Positions 18,907 through 26,164 of a stretch of 34,849 bases of DNA are shown here, one piece after another. The stretch is taken from positions 1-34,849 of the forward strand of contig JBDQPD010000030.1 in the NCBI GenBank assembly GCA_040260805.1. The letters run 5' to 3'. The notes under the pieces were generated by a model. It made no database searches. It saw nothing but the letters and a program-made list of their open reading frames with translations, and had not been told where the DNA came from. Position 1 is the stretch's first letter. Each line of letters starts with the position of its first letter. Both the position numbers and the translations under genes were made by a program. This DNA comes from Myxococcota bacterium. Lineage in GTDB: Bacteria; Myxococcota; UBA4151.

Positions 18907-19065
18907 GGTTGGACTCCCGGTGCATAATGAATCAAAACGCCAACGGAGCGTTTAGCAAGTGCTCGACCACTCTTTACTGCCTCATGCCGCCTTGTCACCC
19001 CCTTCAAAACCTGGCCACAGTTCGTTAACGAAACAACTGCCAGCCCTCATCAGGACCCTGACACC

Positions 19066-20079
19066 ATGCGCTTGACTCTTATTTTCGCCTTAATCGCCTC
19101 GCCTGCCTTGGCTCAAAGCCCCTTTGGTGCGGACAGTTCGCCCAACTCCTGGCGGCAGCTCACCGAAAAATATCGTTACAAATGCCCCGGGCCGTTCACC
19201 AAGGTTAAAGAGCCTGACACCATCAAGGTGGTTGGTCATGAGATTGAGCGCAACGGCAGCACGTGGACGGTCAAAGGACAAACCAACATCTCGGGCACGC
19301 TCAATATTGGTGTGCTCGGAGCCATCAAAGACGCCGGGCGAGACACCAAGAAGAACCTTGAAGTGTTTGCCAACTGGTTCAAGCAAAACAAAGTCGATCT
19401 AGTCGTCGCTAACGGCGATATAGCGCTGGACGAATTTGATCTTGAAGAGGTCTTTCTCGAACTCGGTAAGCTCAAGCTTCCGGTCATCGTCTTTGCAGGA
19501 AACTCGGAGAGCCGGACGAGCTTTAACCGGACCGCAACCGAGGTCGCTCGCAAGGTGCCGCAGCTGATCAATGGCAACTGGGTTCGGCAAGTGCGCTGGG
19601 GTAAGTACAGCCTCTGGAGCCTTCCAGGTTACCACGACAAAAAGTTCCTCTATGGGCGCAACGGCTGCTTGTATGAGCGCAAGGATATCCGAGCTTTGGG
19701 CAAACAGATCGCTAAGAACCGTAGCCAGGTGAACGTCCTCATGGCGCACGGCCCGCCCCGATACAAAGGCAAAGTCGCCCTCGATAAGATCACCGACGGC
19801 AAGCACGTCGGCGATAAATGGATGGCAAAATTGATCAAAGACTACTCGATCAAGTGGGGCATCTTCGGTCACATCCTCGAAGCCGGCGCAACCATCGCCA
19901 CCAAGCTGGGCAACCGCCCCACGACGGCAAACACACAACAAAAATCGCTCTACTTGAACGCCGGCTCCGCAAACGGTCTGCCCTGGGGCATGAACAACGG
20001 CTCCACCCTGCGCGGCATGGCGGCGATCATGACACTCGACGGCACCACAGGCGTCGTGAAACTCAAGAAGATCAAGTGA
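19066..20079 (+). CDS. Secreted calcineurin-like metallophosphoesterase-fold protein with divergent motifs
   Basis: Signal peptide ending ALA; NGD, AGNSE, HGPP, HVG, FGHI motifs in MPP order. Confidence 0.8.
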   Translation: MRLTLIFALIASPALAQSPFGADSSPNSWRQLTEKYRYKCPGPFTKVKEPDTIKVVGHEIERNGSTWTVKGQTNISGTLNIGVLGAIKDAGRDTKKNLEVFANWFKQNKVDLVVANGDIALDEFDLEEVFLELGKLKLPVIVFAGNSESRTSFNRTATEVARKVPQLINGNWVRQVRWGKYSLWSLPGYHDKKFLYGRNGCLYERKDIRALGKQIAKNRSQVNVLMAHGPPRYKGKVALDKITDGKHVGDKWMAKLIKDYSIKWGIFGHILEAGATIATKLGNRPTTANTQQKSLYLNAGSANGLPWGMNNGSTLRGMAAIMTLDGTTGVVKLKKIK

Positions 20080-21080
20080 ATCTAACCGTCCTTGGGGCGG
20101 GCAGTTTCGGCACATCGCTCGCCATACATCTGGCTCGTCTCAATCATGACGTTCGCTTGTGGGGGCGTCATGCGAGCCATCTAAAAGCCAGCGCGAAAGC
20201 AGGGCACAACACTCGCTACCTCAGCGAGATCGCCTTCCCGGCAAACTTGTCCTGTGAGCCTGACCTGCATCAGGCGCTCGACGACAGCCAGCTAGTGGTC
20301 TCAGCCATTCCAACTCAAGGGGTTCGTCAGTTTTGGCAAAGCGCAGTGGACCACCTCCCGAACGACGCGCTGCTGGTCAACGCAGCCAAAGGGATCAGTA
20401 CCGACAGCTTAGAGACGATTGACGAAGTCCTTCGGTCGATCCTGCCGCGCCAAGAAGCGTCTCGTTTGGTGCATCTGAGCGGGCCATCGTTTGCGCTTGA
20501 GCTAGCCTCTGGCAAGCCCACTCTTTTGGTTGCAGCATCGCGGCATATGCATGCAGCAGAGACCGTGCGTACCGCCTTTAATGGCAACAATCTAAAGGTC
20601 TACTGTAGCGATGATGTGATCGGTGTTGAGCTCGGCGGCGCCCTGAAGAACGTGATCGCTATTGCGGTCGGTATCGCCGATGGAATGAACACCGGAATGA
20701 ACGCTCGAGCAGGGCTGATCACGCGCGGACTGCACGAGATCAACCGGCTCGCAATGCGCTACGGCGCCAACCCGCTGACCCTCGCTGGCTTAGCAGGCAT
20801 GGGCGACTTGGTGCTGACCTGTACAGGTCACCTCAGCCGCAATCGAAGCCTCGGATATGCCATCGGCGAAGGCCGCAGCACGGAAGAGGCGATCGCCTCG
20901 CTCAACGGGCAAGTAGCCGAAGGTTTTTATACCGCCAAAGCGGTCCGTCAGCTCGCTCAAAGAGATGACGTTACGATGCCGATTTGTGAAGCTGTAGCGC
21001 GCATTCTAGCCGATGAAATTAGCCCCTCAGACGGTCTCATTGAACTGATGGAGCGAGACACCCGCTTCGAGCGCGCCTGA
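20076..21080 (+). CDS. gpsA: NAD(P)H-dependent glycerol-3-phosphate dehydrogenase
   Basis: GAGSFGT, AKGI, LSGPSFA, GGALKNVIAI, GLAGMGDLVLTC, SRNR; GTG 20076 overlaps upstream TGA. Confidence 0.97.
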   Translation: MNLTVLGAGSFGTSLAIHLARLNHDVRLWGRHASHLKASAKAGHNTRYLSEIAFPANLSCEPDLHQALDDSQLVVSAIPTQGVRQFWQSAVDHLPNDALLVNAAKGISTDSLETIDEVLRSILPRQEASRLVHLSGPSFALELASGKPTLLVAASRHMHAAETVRTAFNGNNLKVYCSDDVIGVELGGALKNVIAIAVGIADGMNTGMNARAGLITRGLHEINRLAMRYGANPLTLAGLAGMGDLVLTCTGHLSRNRSLGYAIGEGRSTEEAIASLNGQVAEGFYTAKAVRQLAQRDDVTMPICEAVARILADEISPSDGLIELMERDTRFERA

Positions 21081-22640
21081 TCAGCGACGGCGAAGCACCC
21101 TAAGGACCGTACCGGCAGCGAGAGCCTCCTTCGCGCCGGGCAAGCCATAGGCGACACCGCCATCAACCCCCATCGGCGCGTGATCGGGCCCGACGGTCCC
21201 GTCTGGCAGGTAACCAATCTTAGCAAAAGCGCGCTTGTAAGCGGCGAAATCACCACCATTTCGATGCGCCTCTAAAACGGCTTCACCGCAAGCGATACCG
21301 CCGCGTGCCAGAACCGACTCCACCCAGCTCCAGCGTGAGCTGACCGGCCGGATATTGGCTCGACCTTTGAGCAAACGACGTAAGAACTTAATCCGACGGT
21401 CGCTTTCTTTGACGCCAATAAAAGGCGCACAATAAAGCGGTGTATTGCGCTTAGGCACCAGCGGGCTCAACCCCACATCAACCGGCAAAATCTTACTCAA
21501 ATCAATGAGCTCTTGCGCTAGAATTGCGAGGTCTTCATCCCCTTCGGACGGCAAACCAAGGACCATATAGATTTTCATCTTCATAAAGCCGACCGACTTC
21601 GCCTCACGGGCGACCCGCTCGATGTGTTGGTCTTCGGTCTTTCGGCGGACGACTCGGCGCAGGCGCGGTGACGCGCCGTCTAAAGCGACGGTTAGGGTGC
21701 GATACCCCCCTCGATACAAGGCCTCGAGCAGCGGTATTTTAAGTCGGTCTGCTCGGAGACTCGATATACCTACCGATAAGTTTCGATCGGCCAGAGCGTT
21801 CACTAAATCCGTGATCTCTAAATGATCGGTGACCGCGGCGCCTACCAAGCCGACCCGCTCGACGCCCTCAGGGATCGAATCCAAAACCCGTTGAGCCGGA
21901 ACCGGTCGCATGCCGCCATTGGTCGATCGGCGCATGACACAGTAGGTGCACTGACGCGAGCAACCGCGCTCGGGCTCAATCAAGAACATTTTTCGAAGCT
22001 CGGTCGACTCTGCAACGATCGCCGAGCGAGCCGGCAGCAGCGAATTGTCGGCCTTAGCGACCGGCAAAGCGACCGGGTTTCGATCCGTCGCAATGACCAC
22101 CCCTGGCAGCCCGGCAAGCACCTCCGCAAGATCGGTTTTGGGTTGCCCCTCAAGGCGCTTGAGCACCTCGCTGATCAAGCCCTCTCCCTCGCCGCAGATC
22201 AGGACATCGACAAAGGGGAGCAAGGGCGTCGGGTTCGAGAAGGTCAGCGGACCGCCAGCGATCACCACAGGGTGGTCCGGCTGTCGGTCTCGTCTTAAAG
22301 CGGGCAAACCAAAGCGATCGAGCATCTCAATCACGCCAGCGATTTCGAGCTCATAAGCCACACTCAAGGCAATCGCTTGGACATCCGGCATCGACCCGGC
22401 AAGCTCATAGGCAAAGGGGCGGCCTTTCTCGTCCTCATCATTGAATGCGCGCAGAGGAGTCCAGCCGTCGGTGGCTAAAATAGAGCGCCAAATCTGCTGG
22501 AACCCTAAACTGCTCATGCCCACATGGTAGCCGCTCGGGTACACCAGCGCGCAACGGTTTGGCGCATCGGACCAATGCTCTAGCTGCAGTTCACTAGCTA
22601 AGCGCTGTCGCGGCCCTGAGAGTTGGCGTCCAACGCTCAA
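21081..22640 (-). CDS. Radical SAM protein with N-terminal B12-binding-like domain, function unknown
   Basis: RGCSRQCTYC (CxxxCxxC); YPSGYHVGMSSLG, IAGGP, GEGE, SSLRAD; TTG overlaps dnaX stop. Confidence 0.9.
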   Translation of the reverse strand: MSVGRQLSGPRQRLASELQLEHWSDAPNRCALVYPSGYHVGMSSLGFQQIWRSILATDGWTPLRAFNDEDEKGRPFAYELAGSMPDVQAIALSVAYELEIAGVIEMLDRFGLPALRRDRQPDHPVVIAGGPLTFSNPTPLLPFVDVLICGEGEGLISEVLKRLEGQPKTDLAEVLAGLPGVVIATDRNPVALPVAKADNSLLPARSAIVAESTELRKMFLIEPERGCSRQCTYCVMRRSTNGGMRPVPAQRVLDSIPEGVERVGLVGAAVTDHLEITDLVNALADRNLSVGISSLRADRLKIPLLEALYRGGYRTLTVALDGASPRLRRVVRRKTEDQHIERVAREAKSVGFMKMKIYMVLGLPSEGDEDLAILAQELIDLSKILPVDVGLSPLVPKRNTPLYCAPFIGVKESDRRIKFLRRLLKGRANIRPVSSRWSWVESVLARGGIACGEAVLEAHRNGGDFAAYKRAFAKIGYLPDGTVGPDHAPMGVDGGVAYGLPGAKEALAAGTVLRVLRRR

Positions 22641-24820
22641 AGACCAACCTCATCAACAACCGCGCCAAAAAGGTCGACCACCGCCTGGGTGGTGACGTGC
22701 TCACGCAGCGCCAGCTGCTCCCGAAAAACCGGATCTCGATCTGCTCGAAGCTGCCTCATCATCGATCGCAACCTCGGCGCCTGGGCTTGAGCGACCAATA
22801 CACTACGCAGCGAGCGGATACGGTCATGCTCCAGACTAAGCTCAGCCAAAGCGGGAGCGATCGCCTCAATCAAACCCTCTGATTCACTGCCTAAGACTAA
22901 GGTTTGATCCTCTACAGCGACCGGTGCGAAGGGTACTAATCGACCCTTGAGCGCATCGGGCAAGGCAGGAAACACGGTCGCCCACAAAGCCAAGAGGTCC
23001 TTAGCGGATTGGTCCAAAGCGGGAAGCTGTTCACGGCTTGGTGAGCTCATCGACTGGAGGGGTTCGGAACGCTTGGGGGCGGCCTTAGGCGCTTGATTTT
23101 GGACGACAGCCGGCTCGGGAGATGCAGGAACCGACGAAGGCGGTTGCGGCGCCAATGCGGCTACAGGCTCAGGCTTCGGCGGCGCTTGGGCTGGTGCAAC
23201 TTGAGGCTGCACGGAAAGAGCCGGCTGGGGCACCGAGGAAGCGGCGGCGATGGTCAAGCTTCCTATCCGTAGACCAAGCAAACCATGCTCAGCGAGCGCC
23301 GAGGCAATGTCCGCACGGGACCGGTCTTGTTTAACGATCGCTAAACGAGCGTCGTCTAAACGCCCGGTGAGTCCTTTTCCGTCGAGGCGAATACCTGCGA
23401 GCGCCAAGGTGGCAGCGAGCGGCTGGCTTCGCCGCGCAACCGAATGCAAAAATGGTGCGGTGGGCATGACCTCGGGCTGTGGAGCCGGCGGCGCTTGTGG
23501 CGGCTGAGCTGCGGCAGGCGGCGCTGAAGGCGCTGGGCGCTGCTCGGGGGGGGCGCTTCGGCGCTGAGGTGGTCCCTGAGGCTGTTGTCGTCGAAGGCCA
23601 AGCCGATCGCTCGCCTGAGGCGAGGGAGGCGACTGCTGAGGACGCTGGCGCGCACGCTGCCCCTGTTGCGGTGTCGCGCTCGGCACCTGACGGCCGCCTT
23701 GCAGATGGTTCAGGAGTTGGCTGAGCGCTTGAGCGCCCGCAGCGTCTGCCATGCGCAAGATGGCAAGCTCAAGAACCGTTCGGGGGTGACCGGTCCGGCT
23801 GATCTCAGCAGCGGCATCAAGGGTGATACGCAACCAGCGACGCAGGTGCGGTGCGCCAAGCCCCGAGCTCAACTGACGCAGTTGCTCAATGCTTTCAGCG
23901 TCTAAGTCGACTAACGGCGCCGAATTTTCGACCTCGGCGCAAACGACTAAAGAGCGCACTTCGGCGACCAAAGCGTCGGCGAACCGTCGCAGGTCGGAGC
24001 CTGAGCTGTACAACGCGTCGAGCTGATTCATCGCCGTCGCCCGGTCTTGCTGCGCTAAACTCGACAACAACGCCATGACCGCTCGGCGGTCGACCAAACC
24101 CAAACATGAAGCGGCAGAAGCTCCATCTACTTGATCACCGGTGTACGCAATCACCTGCTCAAGCAGACTCAAGGCGTCGCGCATTCCGCCCTCTGCAGCT
24201 CCAGCGACCACCCGCAATGCTTCTCGCTCGACCGACAAGCCTTCCTGCTCGCACACAAAGACCAACTGCTCGACAATTCGGCGCGTCGGAATGCGTTTGA
24301 AATCGTGACGCTGACACCGCGATTTAATGGTGTCGATCACTTTATGGGGCTCGGTCGTGGCGAAGATAAAATGAACCGAAGGTGGTGGCTCTTCGAGCAG
24401 CTTGAGTAGGGCGTTGAAGGCTTGATTAGTCAGCATATGCACTTCATCGATAATGAAGATGCGACAGCGCAGCGCAGCGCGTGTATACGCGGTCTCTTGC
24501 AGCTGGCGGACATGATCGACGCCGTTATGACTTGCGCCATCAATCTCTTGAACATCGAGCGAATTGCCGGCGGCGATCTCTAGGCAAGAGCCGCATGCCC
24601 CGCAAGGATCTGCGGTGGGTCCTTGCTCGCAGTTCAGCGCCATCGCCAAAATACGCGCGGCGCTGGTTTTGCCGACGCCTCGCGGCCCGCAGAATAGATA
24701 GGCGTGATGAACTCGATTGCGAGCGATCGCATTGGCCAGGGTCCGTCCCACCACCTCTTGTCCAACCAGCGCGTCAAAACGCTGAGGGCGATAGGTTCGG
24801 GCTAAGACCTTATAGCTCAA
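22637..24820 (-). CDS. dnaX: DNA polymerase III subunit gamma/tau
   Basis: LARTYRPQRF, GPRGVGKT, zinc Cys cluster, EIDGAS, DEVHML, SRC; TTG start with AGGAGG RBS. Confidence 0.97.
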   Translation of the reverse strand: MSYKVLARTYRPQRFDALVGQEVVGRTLANAIARNRVHHAYLFCGPRGVGKTSAARILAMALNCEQGPTADPCGACGSCLEIAAGNSLDVQEIDGASHNGVDHVRQLQETAYTRAALRCRIFIIDEVHMLTNQAFNALLKLLEEPPPSVHFIFATTEPHKVIDTIKSRCQRHDFKRIPTRRIVEQLVFVCEQEGLSVEREALRVVAGAAEGGMRDALSLLEQVIAYTGDQVDGASAASCLGLVDRRAVMALLSSLAQQDRATAMNQLDALYSSGSDLRRFADALVAEVRSLVVCAEVENSAPLVDLDAESIEQLRQLSSGLGAPHLRRWLRITLDAAAEISRTGHPRTVLELAILRMADAAGAQALSQLLNHLQGGRQVPSATPQQGQRARQRPQQSPPSPQASDRLGLRRQQPQGPPQRRSAPPEQRPAPSAPPAAAQPPQAPPAPQPEVMPTAPFLHSVARRSQPLAATLALAGIRLDGKGLTGRLDDARLAIVKQDRSRADIASALAEHGLLGLRIGSLTIAAASSVPQPALSVQPQVAPAQAPPKPEPVAALAPQPPSSVPASPEPAVVQNQAPKAAPKRSEPLQSMSSPSREQLPALDQSAKDLLALWATVFPALPDALKGRLVPFAPVAVEDQTLVLGSESEGLIEAIAPALAELSLEHDRIRSLRSVLVAQAQAPRLRSMMRQLRADRDPVFREQLALREHVTTQAVVDLFGAVVDEVGL

Positions 24821-24945
24821 TGTGCCTCCTGCTCGCCCCTATGGGGCGCCTTGAAGCGATGACGTATCGGGCCAGGCTGTGCAAGTCTACGCCATGTCAG
24901 ATCAATAATCTTTTTATTTTGCAGGCGCTCAAACCACAGAACCGC

Positions 24946-24974
24946 TTGCCCGTGCGAGATGCTTTGGCTAAGGC
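24946..24974 (+). promoter_or_regulatory. Candidate sigma70-type promoter for the tRNA-Ser/tRNA-Ser/ffs transcript
   Basis: TTGCCC-17 bp-TAAGGC, GC-rich discriminator, AT-rich tract at 24901-24920. Confidence 0.4.
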
Positions 24975-25006
24975 GCTCGCCGAATCTTCCCTTCGGCGCT
25001 CGATCG

Positions 25007-25094
25007 GGAGAAATGGCCGAGAGGTCGAAGGCGTCGCACTCGAAATGCGATGTGGGGACACCCACCGTGGGTTCGAATCCCACTTTCTCCACCA
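25007..25094 (+). tRNA. tRNA-Ser(CGA)
   Basis: Acceptor GGAGAAA/TTTCTCC, anticodon arm TCGCA-CT-CGA-AA-TGCGA, long variable arm, GGTTCGAATCC, encoded CCA; discriminator A. Confidence 0.95.
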
Positions 25095-25116
25095 AAGCGC
25101 CGAAGGGAAAATTAAT

Positions 25117-25204
<88 letters not shown>

Positions 25205-25205
25205 T

Positions 25206-25288
25206 GAAGCCGCGCGACGATCGAGCTACAAACTCCGCCAGGCCCGGAAGGGAGCAACGGTAGCTAGCGAGATCGGGTGCGCGGCTTC
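25206..25288 (+). ncRNA. ffs: Small bacterial SRP RNA (4.5S)
   Basis: Domain IV CCG-CCAGG-CCC-GGAA-GGG-AGCAA-CGG; nested stems GCTA/TAGC, CGATC/GATCG, GAAGCCGCGC/GCGCGGCTTC; T-rich tail follows. Confidence 0.93.
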
Positions 25289-25749
25289 TTCTTTTTTCTG
25301 CGCGCTTTGAAAAACCCGCTGAGTTGGCTCGCTGCCTCGTCTTGCAGCACGCCAGCGGTCACCTCAAAAACATGATTAAGGCGATCATCTTGTCCAATTG
25401 AAAATAAACTATCAACCGCGCCTGCTTTGGGATCATCGGTTGCGTAGACGACGCGCTGCACGCGACTAAGAACCAAAGCGCCAGCGCACATCGGACATGG
25501 CTCAAGAGTCACGTACAAGGTCACGCCCGTTAATCGCCAAGTCCCTAAGTTGTGTGCGGCCATCCGCAACGCATCGAGTTCAGCGTGGCCCACCGGGTTT
25601 TGGTCGGCTTCTCGGGTGTTTGAGCCGACGCCAACAATGCGCCCCTCAAAGACGCATAAAGCCCCTACTGGGACCTCTTCTCGCGCCTCAGCCTGTGCCG
25701 CTAGCTGCAGGCATCGACGCATATAGTACTGATCCGATAATCGGGTCAC
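25264..25749 (-). CDS. tadA: tRNA adenosine(34) deaminase
   Basis: EVPVGA, HAE, LYVTLEPCPMCAGA, DPKAGA, FFKARR; GTG start. Confidence 0.95.
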   Translation of the reverse strand: MTRLSDQYYMRRCLQLAAQAEAREEVPVGALCVFEGRIVGVGSNTREADQNPVGHAELDALRMAAHNLGTWRLTGVTLYVTLEPCPMCAGALVLSRVQRVVYATDDPKAGAVDSLFSIGQDDRLNHVFEVTAGVLQDEAASQLSGFFKARRKKKKPRTRSR

Positions 25750-25830
25750 TGAATCTACCTAGTGGCGCGGTTGCTCGTGATCATAAACGAGAGCCCAAGA
25801 CAGCGCCAAGTGAAGACGCTTGGCTACGAC

Positions 25831-25867
25831 AAAAAAGAACAAGGCAGCCAGCGAACTGACTGCCTTG
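25831..25867 (-). terminator. Intrinsic terminator directly after tRNA-Arg
   Basis: Minus strand CAAGGCAGTCAG-TTCG-CTGGCTGCCTTG (12-bp stem with one G-U) followed by TTCTTTTTT. Confidence 0.85.
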
Positions 25868-25942
25868 GCGCGGGAGGAGGGATTCGAACCCCCGGCCAAC
25901 AGGTTCGTAGCCTGCTACTCTATCCAGCTGAGCTACACCCGC
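25866..25942 (-). tRNA. tRNA-Arg(ACG)
   Basis: GCGGGTG-TA-GCTCAGCTGGATAGAGT-A-GCAGG-CT-ACG-AA-CCTGT..GGGGG-TTCGAAT-CCCTC-CTCCCGC-G-CCA. Confidence 0.96.
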
Positions 25943-25954
25943 ACTGAGGGCTGC

Positions 25955-25983
25955 CTGTTAGGAACTGGCAACCCTTATGTCAA
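25955..25983 (-). promoter_or_regulatory. Candidate sigma70-type promoter for tRNA-Arg
   Basis: Perfect TTGACA-17 bp-TAACAG, then GC-rich discriminator, 12 nt before the tRNA. Confidence 0.6.
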
Positions 25984-26001
25984 CGCTGGTGATTCGTCCT
26001 C

Positions 26002-26091
<90 letters not shown>

Positions 26092-26119
26092 AAAGGGACG
26101 AACTCACCAAGCGCCGAGG

Positions 26120-26148
26120 CAACTAGAGGGGGCGAAGCCAGGCGTCAA
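26120..26148 (-). promoter_or_regulatory. Candidate sigma70-type promoter for tRNA-Ser(GCT)
   Basis: TTGACG-17 bp-TAGTTG, then GC-rich CCTCGGC. Confidence 0.55.
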
Positions 26149-26164
26149 GAATGAAAGCGAGCAA

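Noticed and set aside
19818..20075. 86-aa N-terminal extension of GpsA
   Set aside because: Overlaps the phosphoesterase gene out of frame; the Rossmann motif begins right after GTG 20076
19399..20115. 238-aa antisense ORF and the many similar shadow ORFs
   Set aside because: Lie opposite well-supported genes, have no motifs, and are expected in GC-rich DNA
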